Assembly (NCBI RefSeq): GCF_009914755.1
Contig: NC_060925.1
Source: the human T2T-CHM13v2.0 reference genome, Homo sapiens
DNA: 64,000 bases
Strand: one strand, 5' to 3'
Shown: in pieces, positions 14,697 through 27,531 of the stretch
How the letters are laid out: each line of letters begins with the position of its first letter
Position numbering within the stretch: the stretch's first letter is position 1
Notes under the pieces: model-generated
What the model was told of the DNA's origin: nothing
Database searches by the model: none
Seen by the model: only the letters and a program-made list of their open reading frames with translations
Program-made: the position numbers and the translations under genes

Positions 14697-16422
14697 ACTG
14701 CCAGGTGGCCTCATCAGCACTTGGGAGCAAGGACTCACCTTGTCCATCAGGGAGTGCTGGGCAGACTCAAGTCACACCCTTGCTGTCTGCAGTGCCAGAG
14801 GGCGCCGGAAGTGGGGAATCCATCCATCGTCCATTACTGGCCCTGGAGGCACAGTGCCTTTCCTGTGTGTGCCCTTCCCATTAGGCTAACAGGAGTAGTC
14901 AGCAGCGGGAGGAGGAGGGTCCACTCTCCCCTCTACTGAGTAGATGAGAATGATGTATAATAAACACATGAATTATGAATATGTAAATGATGCTTCTGAA
15001 GTTTTAGGAAAGAGATTCCTTCCTTTTACAAGTAGAGCTGCACAGATCTTACTGCACTCATTGGTTTGGGAAGACTCTGGTTATAGACTCGATGCAAATG
15101 AACAGATATTCCCAGTTAGGGAGGTACAGACGTGTGCATTTCAACAAAACAGGCCTCCCGGCTTTGCTCCGTACCGGCTCTGGAATCCCCTCAACCCACT
15201 GAGTCCAGCTGCAGAGGCAACAAGGGGGCAGTGTTTCCACAGAGGGGAAAGGAGGCATGCTCATGGCCTTGGTGTGAAGAGACAAAAGGCTTGAAGTCCA
15301 TCTGCCACAGGCCTCGAAGTCAAAACAAACCTCACGAAAGATTGCGTGTTGCTTGTACTTTGTCTGCATGCCATCCCCACCTACCGCATTATTCACACGG
15401 ACTGTGTACTACATAGTTGGTGAATTGAAGGCACAAGCTACACAGGGCCCTGACTTTTGTGAAACCAAGAAGCACCGGTGAATGAAGCAGGTGGGGTTTG
15501 GGCCTGGAACGAACCTGCCATTGTCTGCATTCTCAATTCCTTAGTCTCAGGTTGGGTGAGTTGCAAGTGGACGCTTGGAATGGAAGCCACTTGCTGCATG
15601 TTGTAATTTACCACTGGAGCCGCCGATTCATAATTCAAATGTTGCTGCCCTAAATTACACAGGCATTTTGAGCTGAGTGAAGATGGGAGATCTGGGTCCT
15701 TTAAAGAAAACCCATAAAGTCCCCACTGCTTTCCCATCTTATTGAGTTCTGCTCTTGAGCAACTTCTCAGCTCCCTGAGAATAGCATGTTTTGAGTAAAA
15801 AAAGCGACAATAAAAATGAAAGAAGAAAATTAAATATGAAAATTTAATTAAATCCCTCTTTGATCGTTCTCCCTAGAATTGACCAGAGGGGCTGCTGCCA
15901 TTCAGCCACAAATAAGATAACCTTGCTGGCTAATTAGGAGAAGGAATTGGCCTGCAAGGTGGGAGGGAAACGCGAGTCTCCGGACCCTATAAATATTTGA
16001 ATGAGCCATTTTGATGGGAGCAATATTTTATTCTTCAATTGTTTGCCACTCCTCTTTGCAGAAGTCTCAGAGGTATATAAAGTATTCTTTGTACTTCCTT
16101 TAAGGTCTTCTGGCTTTTGTACAGAGGTCCGGGGGCTGTCCGTGGCATGAAGGGCCCCAGTGCCTGCACTGCCAGCTTTGGGTCTTATTTTCCAGGGCTG
16201 GAGGAAAACTTTCCTTTTTAAACCAGTCCCATCCACCCCACTTCGGGGAGCTGCATTGCTGATGTGGGATGACACAAATAAACAACAGAAAAACAATAGT
16301 CACAAAGGGTCTGGAAGCCACGCCATCTGCTTAGGGACATTAACACAGCCCCTGCGCTATGTTATCTCAAACAGGACTGAGTCACCTTCTCAATAGATGG
16401 AGCTCAGTCCAGTGTAGAGCGT

Positions 16423-17146
<724 letters not shown>

Positions 17147-17973
17147 TCAGGAAAGTGCTGCAAACCTTTGTGGTTTGTGTGCTGTGACAAATGTAAAGGT
17201 CCAATGTGAGTCCTACATTTTAGGAAATACGCTAACTTAACCAACTTCGGGAGTAAAAAGGCCCCCAAAGGGTAGATACAGCAGAGCAATGAAGCTTGGT
17301 GGGGTCAAATCCAGGAAGACATCCCTGACTCAGGCAACAGCAGTGTGGAATTTGTGATGGTATAATTTATAGGGTGATCAAAGTCTTCCCTTAAATGATT
17401 TAGGAGAAAGTATTTTGCTAAGCAGATCATGTTGCAAAAGATTTCAGGGGCATTGTTTAAGTTATTAAAAGAATCAATTGTTTCCTAGCCTTTTGGAAGC
17501 ATTGTTTGCATATGATTACTATAATATTACAAATTATTTTAAAACATGGCTTCAGGGCTCTGAGTCTCTGAACAATTTTATTGGACAACTTCTTTGTTTC
17601 ATTAGTTTAAAAATAATATAACTAGATTTTTAAAATTTCTTGAAAGCCTACCTTTTATCCCATTCAGACTGACCTTTCTTCATAAACTGACTGGAAGAAA
17701 AGTATTCCAGTTATTTCTAAGCCAAACAACCCCCAAAAATTAGTGGCTTAAAACAACAGCAACTTAATATTCCTCCTGATTCTCTGGGCTGACTGAGCTA
17801 TTTGGTGACTGGTTACACCTGGATCCACTCATGAGCGTGGGCTCAGCTGGGTTGGGGGCTCAGCTGGGACAATCCCATATGACTTTTCATCCTTCTTCCT
17901 GGCCTGGGGGTCTCAGGAAGCATTTCAAGAGGGCAAAGGTAGAAATTGCAAAGCGTGTTAAGGCCAAGGCTCC

Positions 17974-18350
17974 TGTGATGATTTATTTTATGTGTTAACT
18001 TGACTGGGCCACAGGGTGCCCCCCAGTGTGGGTGGGCACCATCCAGTTGGTTGAGAAACCAAATGGCCAAAGGGCAGAGGAGGGAAGAATTCGATCTCTA
18101 TCTGTCTGACTACTTGAGTTGCGACATTCGTCTTCTCCTACCCTTCGACTGGCTCCCTGGTTCTCAGCCCTTTGGGCTCAGACTGGAGCTGCACCTCCAG
18201 CTTTCCTGAGTCTCCAGCCTACAGGCGGCAGATGAGGGGACTCGTCAGCTTCCATAATTACATGTGCTAATTCCTCATAACATCTCTCTCTCTCTCCGCA
18301 CATACACTGTATTGGTGGTTGTGTTTCTCTGGAGAACTCTGACTAATACA
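17974..18350 (+). mobile_element. MLT2 (MLT2D-like) ERVL solo LTR
   Basis: TGTGATG..TTTATGTGTTAACTTGACTGGGCCACAGGGTGCCC...GACTAATACA; TSD GCTCC/GCTCT. Confidence 0.85.
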
Positions 18351-18357
18351 GCTCTGA

Positions 18358-18722
<365 letters not shown>

Positions 18723-19271
18723 ATTTCTACAACATTCTATTGTCTAAGCAAGTCCCAGCCCCCATATTCTAGGGGAGAAGAAATAGACTCCAAGTCTTAA
18801 TTAGAGGAGGTACAAATAATTTGTGGCCCTATTTAATTTGCTACAAAATATTAGTGAAGATCATTAGTTCCTCAGTGAAAAGAAAACGATGTGATCATTT
18901 CCTTTCTCTGGAAGGTAGACAAGATATTTTTTAAAAACTTGTCCCAGCACCTCTTTAACAGCAACACAGAAAAGAGTCTGGATACATTTCCTGAATGAGC
19001 CAGAACATGGGTTTTTAAAACAAAACTTTAGTGTTTAAAGTTTTAAAACAAAACTTGAATGACTTAAAAAATCGGTCATTTTTGTATGAAATGAGCCTCC
19101 ATGTCGGTTCTTGCCCCAGATTCCTTCCCAAATACTATCAGAGAACTCCAGGGTAGAGATAAGTTGAACTCCTGCATCTCTTAGACATCCACTTGGGTCT
19201 CTGTTCCTGAAATTCCCTCCTGGATTCGTGACCACGGAGAAACTTGGCTAAGACCATGAGTGGGCTAAGAC

Positions 19272-19647
19272 GCTGATTCGTTTGCTCAAGTTGTCATAAC
19301 AAACTACCGTTTACTGGGTAGTTTAAACAGAAATTTCCGTTCTCACTGTCCTGGAGGCTGGAAGTCTGAGATCAAGGCATTGGCAGGGTTGGTTTCTCCT
19401 TGGCCTGTGTGGCCATCTTCTCCCTGTGTATTCTCACAATCATGCTTCTGTGTGTGTCTGTGTCCTAGTCTCCTCTTCTTATAAGGACACCAGTCCTATT
19501 GGATCACAGCCCATCCTAACAACCTCATTGTAACTTAATCACCTTTGTAAAGATCTCATTTGCAAACAGCCATATTCTGAGATACTGAGGTTAGGACTTC
19601 CACACATGAATTTGGAAGGGAGGTTGGCATAATTCAGTCCATAACAG
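19272..19647 (-). mobile_element. MLT1A/B-like MaLR LTR
   Basis: CTGGAGGCTGGAAGTCTGAGATCAAGG...CTTATAAGGACACCAGTC...AATTCAGTCCATAACA. Confidence 0.85.
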
Positions 19648-21074
19648 ACATAGTCTCCTCTCCTGGAAAAAGTAAATTAGTAAACACTGCATCCTTCTCT
19701 CCTTAGACTAGAAAACACACTTACAGTGTGGGGATGGAGCCTGCAGGGTAGGGTGGGAGGGTATTATTTTAGGGAGTTAGGAACAGGGGGACTCACATCA
19801 CTCCTGGTGATGACAAAGTGAAGGCTATGAAAGCTAGGTTTCTGGTTGACAAGAAGCAGACTTCTACCTCCAGTCTCTGGGTTGTGTAAGGTTTTTTTTT
19901 TTTTTTTTAAAAAAACTTTATTTTGAATGGCTTCATCAAAGGGATGACATTGAAATGAATGCGTTCAACTTTGAACAAAACTTAAAAGAACTTTGTTAAA
20001 TGTCAAAGCGAAACAGAGGAGAACCAGAGCTAACAAATAGAGGATTGTTTTCTCTGTTTCCCTCCTGAATCTGGTGCTCACTGTCCTCGCTCACAGACTT
20101 TCTTCCTCCGATATCAAAGACGCCACAGGACAGCAAAACCCTTTATAAACATTAATTAATTCTCGCAACCCTCCTGTGAAGTATGGGGATCATTCATTTT
20201 TCTCTTTTAAAGAGAAGTCCTGAAGCCAAGAGGCTAAACGACTCACCTGAACGGAAGTCACCAGAGAGCATTAGGAAATTGAGTTTGGTTTGAAATTGGG
20301 TGTGGAAAATTTATTACATGTTCCAAGAAGAGAGAGGAGAGGCACAAATCTTAGTCAAAGGAAATTGTTCATTGAAGACATCAGGTGGAACAAATAGTGC
20401 ACGTGAGGCTTGGGAGTCAGATGGATTTGGGGTCTGAATCATCAAAGGGATTTGAAAACACAATCTAGTTAGCAACGCTCCCATGGCCTAACCTTCCAGG
20501 GTCATCTGGCTAGAACAGACACCACCGAATGGTACTCAGAATTGAAAAACTCAATCCGAGGTGATGACGCTGTCAGGGATGTTACAAATCGTAGTGATAA
20601 AGGCTGTTTGGAGGGTTCATTTTAGGGTGAGCTCAGACCTCAGGTGCTTCATGGAATGACAGGTGATTAGACAAGAAGCAGAGCTGCTGCTGTCCTGGGC
20701 CTAGAGCTTCACATTGCAGCTGGAGAGCAGCTACTCTCTGTCCAGTACCTTCTACCTCCACCTGAGGACCAGGGGTTAGCAGGTGGCTGTGACCAAGTCC
20801 CCTCCCAGACCAGAGCTCTTCTGAGAGTGAGCTGGATTCTCTGTCAGGACACTGACAAGAAAGCAAAAGTCTAACTCAGTGGCTTAAGCAAAAACATCAA
20901 TGTGCTGGCTCACGCATCTGAAAAGTTCAAGCAGTGATGACTTTGAGGCTTGGTGATGCCCTCGGCCCGAAGACCCTGCTCAGCTCTGCTGCCCTCTCTA
21001 TTCTCTGACAACCTTTTCCCTCATGGAGACACAATGTCTGCTGGTTCTCTGGAACTTGCTTGTCTTCTGTAGAG

Positions 21075-21325
21075 GCATTTTAGTACACAGGTGAAGAGCA
21101 GGGACACCAGTCCCCAGCCACTGCTGAAAAGCTGTGTGATGTGACCACGGACAAGTGATTTAATCTGTCTGTGCCTCCATTTCCTCATCAGGATAAAAGG
21201 AGTATGAGAGAATCTTGCTCAAAGCATTGTTGGGAGGATGAAATGAGCTAATGTGTATTAAGTACTTGGGATGGTGAGAAGCGGTACTCTAGAAAGTACA
21301 CTTTGGTCAGCTGTTAGTATCATTA
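21075..21325 (+). mobile_element. MIR
   Basis: GACAAGTGATTTAATCTGTCTGTGCCTCCATTTCCTCATC core. Confidence 0.7.
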
Positions 21326-21499
21326 GGATGCTGTTGGCTGTTCATCTGAACTAGGAGTCCATTAGTGACAAGAGATGACAGGCATCGTCTGTGAAGCTCA
21401 AACATTGTTTTTACATAAAACTGTCGGCTGACAGGGCTAAAAATGTGGGTGCTGGGGTAGGCTATCTGCCATCAAAGTGGCCCAAGTTTGCCATTTCCC

Positions 21500-21650
21500 C
21501 ATTCTGTGGCCTCAGCTTCTCCATCTGCTAAGTGAAAATAATAGTGCCTACTTTACAAAGAGGTTGAGAAGACTTAGTGACTTTCTGCATGTGAAAAGTT
21601 TAGAACTGCATCTCCTTCATAGTAAAAGCCCAACAGTGCTATTAATGACA
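21500..21650 (+). mobile_element. MIR fragment
   Basis: GCCTCAGCTTCTCCATCTG..AAAATAATAGTGCCTAC. Confidence 0.6.
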
Positions 21651-21904
21651 ATTTAAAGCTTTCCTATATATACAAATTTATGTGTGTGGCTGGAAGAAAT
21701 GAGTTATACTTCCCTTGTTAGTGCCAGGAAGTATTTGTTTGTACATTCATGGCTGTGGAATTACTCTGAGTAAATTTACTCCTGTGCTGAATGCTGAGCC
21801 CACGAAGGAGGAAGTAAAAGACTCTCCCTGTTCTTCAAACTAATAATAGTTGACAAAGTGAACACTTACTGCATGTCAGACACAATTCTAAGTCCCTTGT
21901 CAAT

Positions 21905-23415
21905 GACTTTTTATCTCTCATATTATGATTTTTATTCCATTTGGCTCTTTCTTACAGTTTCCATCTCTCTGCTGTAATTCCCCATCTGTTCATGCACATT
22001 TCCTACCTTTCCATTATATTTTTAAATATATTAATTATAGTTATTTTAAAGGCCCTGATAGTCCCAAAAGTCAGATCATCTTTGGGTCTGGTTCTGTTGA
22101 CTCTTTTGTCTCTTGAAAGTGGGTTGTTTTGTTCTTACTTATGTGTGTGTATCTCATAGTTTTTAAATTAATTGCCACATGATATGCATACAAGATAGAA
22201 ACTGAAGTAAATAGTATTTAAACTCAGAAATAGATTTTTTTTTGGTCAGGCATTACTGTCAGGGATTAAGGAAATTTATGCAGGAGTTGAGTGAGAACAT
22301 TGCTCCCAGTCTAAAAACTAGGAAAAGTCAGATAATCTAACAAAATCACACGCTTCAGTGAGCCCATCAGAGAGCTGAGGCAGCAAGACAGCCAGGTGAG
22401 CTGAGTCCCAAAGGGTGGAGAGTTCATTGCCATGGTTACCTTCAGTGCATCAGAGACTTTAAACCCCTCCATCCATGGGCTCCACCTTCAGCTCTCTGCC
22501 CATCTGTGTTACAGAGGGGATATCCCTTTCCGTGTGCTGATTCCTCCCCCAGTAGTAGATTGTCATTTCTTGTCAGGCATACAAAATGGTAGTGTGGGTA
22601 TGGGATGTTCTTTCTTCTCCTACTCCAGCCTCAGTCTTAGGCATGCACTCTGAGCCTGGCCCTGGGGTTGATGTGGGGGTTCTCAGACCCTGCTCCTCCT
22701 CTCACCATAGCGTGTACCCTGTCTTATATATGTGGGGGGACTGGGTGGGAGAGAGTCTCCCATCCCTCCCCTGGGGATAGCAGAGCTCTGATATCTGTTC
22801 AGGATGCTGGGTCTTGTCCAGTGTCTTTTCTGCCTCTCTCTCATGGACAGATGGCTGTAGCTTCCCTTCTCCCCTCTGTGGGGGTCTACCTTTGTCTGAG
22901 GTTGGGCTGGATGTTCCCCTTCTCCTCCCACAGAGCCCAGGGCTTTTGCAGCAGGAGTGGAGTGGGTGCCTGGGTACCACCATGGGGAGATCCTCTCCTG
23001 ATCTCTTGCCCTGCCTCAGTGTCTCTTGAGAGCCTCCCCACAGTAAGGACCCTAGAGAGGAGCTTGTGGGTGAGTAGAGACATCCCTAGTGTCTGGTACC
23101 CCAGGAAGTCTACTTTATCATGCTGGCCCATACCCTGTCTTTAAGAATTTGTTAAAATTTTAGCTATTTTCTTTTCACTTTTATGATGGGCATCTTTTCC
23201 TCCTGTACTTTGCCAAGATAAAACAGCCATGGGTCCCATCTCTCTTTGGAGGATCTCTCCATTCTTTGGAATTCAGCTTACTCATCTGTCTTGCTGCCTC
23301 AGCTCTCTGATGAGCTCACTAAAGTGTGTGATTTTGTTACATTATCTGACTTTTCCTAGCTTTTAGACTGAGAACAATGTTCTCACAAAGGTTTTTCTTC
23401 CTTAATCAAAAGCAG
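21905..23415 (-). mobile_element. Ancient L1M (L1MD/ME-like) 5' region
   Basis: Antisense ORF1-start-like AT-rich segment at 21905-22250, and L1M 5'-end motif CCCATCAGAGAGCTGAGG on the minus strand at ~23290-23315. Confidence 0.6.
22291..23386. repeat. Inverted repeat, 135-bp arms (22291-22425 and 23252-23386), ~87% identical
   Basis: Manual ungapped alignment of the reverse complement of arm 1 to arm 2 gives about 17 mismatches in 135 bp. Confidence 0.92.
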
Positions 23416-23424
23416 AGCTTTTCA

Positions 23425-23610
23425 CAGATGAATACTTTCAACCCTCTCAACAAATCTATGAGGTGGCTATCCTTAGCATTTCTGTTTTGCAGATGGGGAA
23501 ACTGAGGCACAGACAGTTATAATCACTCGCCCCAAATAATCAGGCTCTTATGAGGTGGAGCCCAGGCAGGGTGGCTCCTGGGGGCATACACGGCTTAACA
23601 CTATACCATG
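23425..23610 (-). mobile_element. MIR
   Basis: TTTTGCAGATGGGGAAACTGAGGCACAGACAGTTA core. Confidence 0.75.
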
Positions 23611-23789
23611 TTGCTTCTGTGGAGGCCTAAAAACCAACACGGGAAACTTAACCAGCTAAAACTGTTAAACAAGCTTAAACCGGCAGAGAGGTTACAGACA
23701 AGGGACTAAAGCAACCCAGGGAAGTGCCAATAAGCTCCTCCAAACACATGCATTCCTGTGTTTCCATGAGCTTCAGCCAAGCAGAGGGG

Positions 23790-24860
23790 TGGAGAGATCA
23801 GCCTTAGAAGCTCCAGTCCTGGGTTCAAGACCTATCAACACCTCTTAGTATCTGTGTGACATCAGGCAAGTCATTAACCTTTTTAATTCTTGCCACCTCA
23901 TTTACAGAATAGAAACATTAGTATCTTTAAAAAAACCATTTTATTTCCATAGTTTTGGGGTACAAGTGGTGTTTGGTTGCATGGTTAACTTCTTTAGTAG
24001 CGATTTCTGAGATTTTGGGGCACCTGTCACCCAAGCAGTGTACACTGTACCAAATATGTAGACTTTAACCCTCATCCCCCTCCCACGTTCCCCTCCAACT
24101 GAGTCCCCAAAGTCAATTATATCATTCTTATGCCTTTGCATCCTCATAGCTTAGCTCCCACTTAAAAGTGAGAACATATGATATTTGGTTTTCCATTCCT
24201 GAATTACTTCACTTAGAATAATGGCCTTCAGGTCCATCCAAGTTGAAAGGCCACTATTTCATTCTCTTTCATGGCTGAGTAGTATTCCATGGTGTAAATA
24301 CATCACATTTTCTTTCTCCACCCATTGGATGTTGGGCATTTAGGCTGGTTCCATATTTTTGCAACAGAAAATTGTGCTGCTATAAACACGTGCGTGCAAT
24401 TGTCTTTCTCATACAATGACTTTTTTCATTTGGGTAGATACCCCGTAGTGAAACTGCTGGACTGAATGATAATTCTACTTTCGCTTCTTTAAGAAATCTC
24501 CATACTGGCTTCCATAGTGGTTGTACTAATTTACAACCCCACCAGCAGTGTAAAAGTGTTCCTTTTCACCACATCCATGCCAACGTCTATTTTTTTTTTT
24601 TGATTTTTAAATTATGGCCATTCTTGCAGGAGTAAGGTGGTATCTCATTCCAGTTTTAATTTGGATTTCCTTGGATAATTAGTGACGTTGAGCATTTTTT
24701 CATGTTTGTTGGCTGTTTGTTTGTATGCCTTCTTTTAATAATCCCACTTTTTTTATGGGATTATTTGTTTTTTTCTTGTTGACATTAACATCTTTATACA
24801 TGAGTTGATTAACTTCTCAGACAAATCTGGCACATAAAGAGCTCACAGGCAAGTATGATT
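23790..24860 (+). mobile_element. MIR split by an L1PB insertion
   Basis: CCTGGGTTCAAG..CTGTGTGACATCAGGCAAGTCATTAACC before the L1; CTGGCACATAAAGAGCTCA after it. Confidence 0.6.
23936..24782 (-). mobile_element. L1PB-like 5'-truncated 3' end
   Basis: TTTTGGGGTACAAGTGGTGTTTGGTTGCATG..CACCCAAGCAGTGTACACTGTACC; TSD-like ACATTAGTATCTTTA / ACATTAACATCTTTA. Confidence 0.88.
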
Positions 24861-25037
24861 GTGCTTGTCGTAACTGTTATTTGTATCTGTGTGTGTGTGT
24901 GTGTGTGAGTGTATACAATGTCCTCCAGGCCCAAAGATAAATGTAAATAGACTTAAATTCTCTCCAGATGTGACAGATCCACGCTGGTGATGCCAGTACC
25001 ACTGCTTTGTGAATAGCTCACGATAGGTGTGGTGAAT

Positions 25038-25345
25038 TGTTCATTCAACAATTATTTCTTGAGTACACTCCAGGTACCCTGAACTGTAAGAGGCACTGGG
25101 GATATGGCTGCGAAAAAGGCAGAGATGACTTTCCCTACAAAGCATATACTCCAGCAGGAGAAACAGAGAGTGAACTGATAAACACATAGTTAAGGTGGCC
25201 TGGAAATTGATAAAAGTTGCCAAGCAAATAGAAAAGGTAAAATGTTGGAGGGTCACTGGGGTCAGGGTCAGGGCAGGCAGAACCTCTTAGCAGGAGACGT
25301 CAGGAAAAGGCAATCTAAGGAGGATTTTGAGCTGAACCTCAAATA
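25038..25345 (-). mobile_element. L2 3' fragment
   Basis: TTCATTCAACAATTATT..GAGTAC..GGCACTGGGGATA is the antisense L2 tail. Confidence 0.7.
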
Positions 25346-25364
25346 GTGGAAGGCAATCCCTCGG

Positions 25365-25790
25365 CTCCCCCACTTGCTCAGACACGTGGACCCTGCTGTT
25401 TCTCAAATGCTCCAAGTTCATTCTTACCTCGTGACCTTGGCACTGGCCATGCCCTCTGCCTGGATGTCTGGGTCCTCACACCGCTGAATGGCTGCCTTCT
25501 TTCTGTCACGCAGGACTTAGAGTCACCTCTTGGTGAAGCCCTCCCTGACTTCCCCACCAAATAGTCTTTCCCCACACCCTGGGCTTCCCACATTAGCTTT
25601 GCCATTTTATTTTCTTCACAGCAGTCTTCACTATCTGCATTTATCTTGCTTATGAATTGATTTACTTGTTTATTGGCTGTCTGGCACCCTAGGAGTTAAG
25701 CCACATGGGAGGACAACCTCATCTCTCCTTTTACCAGTGAACTTCCAGTGTAGAGCTTGTGTGCCACACTGGGGATGCCTGATAGGTCTC
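25365..25790 (+). mobile_element. L2 fragment
   Basis: CCTTGGCACTGGCCATGCCCTCTGCCTGGA..GTCACCTCTTGGTGAAGCCCTCCCTGAC. Confidence 0.7.
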
Positions 25791-27531
25791 AGTTAGACAA
25801 ATAACCTGACACATGCTGCGTGGGTAGCACTGCCAGTGGATGTGGCTAATGGAGGCTGATTTGGCTCAGATGGCTTAGGTTAGTAGGCGGGTAGGTTGGG
25901 GGACACTGATTGGATGAATCCAGAACATCAGACCACAATCACCTTCTCCCTTACCAGAGGACATGGCAAGCTCAGTGTGATCTTGGAGAGATAGTGCTCA
26001 GAGACACTTACCATTAAAAATGACAACAAAGCCAAAATAACAAAGACAAGCAGAGAGCCAGAGACCAGAGGGCCTGCAGCGCATCCCACCAGCCAGTCAG
26101 GAGCAAGCGTGCCCTGGTTCCCCAGTGAGAGACTGAGCCATGCTTGGAGGAACAAGGGCCGCCTGCTGAGACATGCAAGGACATGAGATTATCTTTGCCT
26201 GGGTTGAAAATGACAGCCAGGAACTCATTCGTAGCTTGGTGTTCCCTTGGACAAGGCTTCTCTAGGATAAAGCCTGTCAGACGCTCCCAGAAGTGGTAGC
26301 ATGTGACGAAGAAGTCGGGGTCCCTTGGGTCCTACAGACCTGGAAGAAAATGGCTCACACTTGCTGAGGGCTCACATTTGCTGAAGTCAACCAATGGGGG
26401 CTGACTTCTCAGTCATGAGCCCCCGTTGGGAGTGAACAGAAGTGGGGCTGTGCTGGCTGAGCAGCCGCCATAGCTAGGCGTGTGTTTCTGTTGGGGCTAA
26501 GTTCCAGGTTTATGACATGAGACCCATTCACGAGATGCCCAGTCCTAGATACGGATATGTCACATGCCTATAGCGTGACTGTGCTCATTAAGGAGCAACT
26601 TGAAGATTTGCATACTTGATGCTAATGAGAGCCGCAGAGGACCCACCTTTGAAACACTCACCAACACAACGAACTAAATATACCCATCAGAGGTTTCGTC
26701 TTCTTCCAATTACATATCACAATAAAATGTCAGAAGAAATAAAAGGAAGCAGATTTCTGATATTATTACTTTGAGCTTTCCTTAGTTATACTCCCTTGAA
26801 GCATGACATTTACTGGGGGAAAAAAAGAATAGAAGGAGGGGTGACCCAGGATGTGTTGTTCACCATCTTTATCTTCAGGGATTTCGCTTTAATTCTTTAA
26901 TCCCCCGTGCACGCTTGGAGTCTGGGCTCCGGTTCTGGAGAACTTCTGCTGCACAACGAAGCACGCTGACACGCAGCGACTCACAACAGACGTGTGATTT
27001 TGCTCATGATTTTGTTGGTCAGACATTCGCGCGGGGCTTGGCTGGGGGGCTGTCCCTGGTGGATGGGGCCAGCTGGGCCACCTCAGTTCCACATCCGAGC
27101 CCTGGCGTCCCCAGACCTTGCTCTCTCCCCACGACTGCAGCCTCCAGGGTCTCTCCAATGGCTGGGCACCCTCAGGGTGTGGCACTGCCCGGGTCATGAG
27201 CTCCACTGCATGGCGTCTGGCTTCCCGCTGAGCCGGGACTCCAAGGGTAGGTCTAACGGGAGGCCCAGGCAGCAGCCTCCAGGCCTCTAATGATCCTGCC
27301 TGGGAGCTCCGGACCTCACTCTGCATGCCCAAGGGGAGGGACGTGGATTTCACTGCTCAATGGGACGTAGCAAAGAATCGGCACCACCTTTAAGCCCACA
27401 GGGTGAGGCTCCCCTCCACCTGCAGAGGGACAGAGCCTGGAAAGGACAGTCCTGGTGGTTTCCTAGAGATCATGGGGAAAATGGCCCACTCTGGTGGAGG
27501 GACAGAGGTGGGGTGGCCCCTCTCAGGACAC

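Noticed and set aside
19013-19056. 16-bp direct repeat with a small internal inverted repeat
   Set aside because: Low-complexity A/T sequence, expected by chance or slippage.
23369-23385. AGAACA-n-TGTTCT as a glucocorticoid/androgen response element
   Set aside because: The spacer is 1 bp rather than the required 3 bp.
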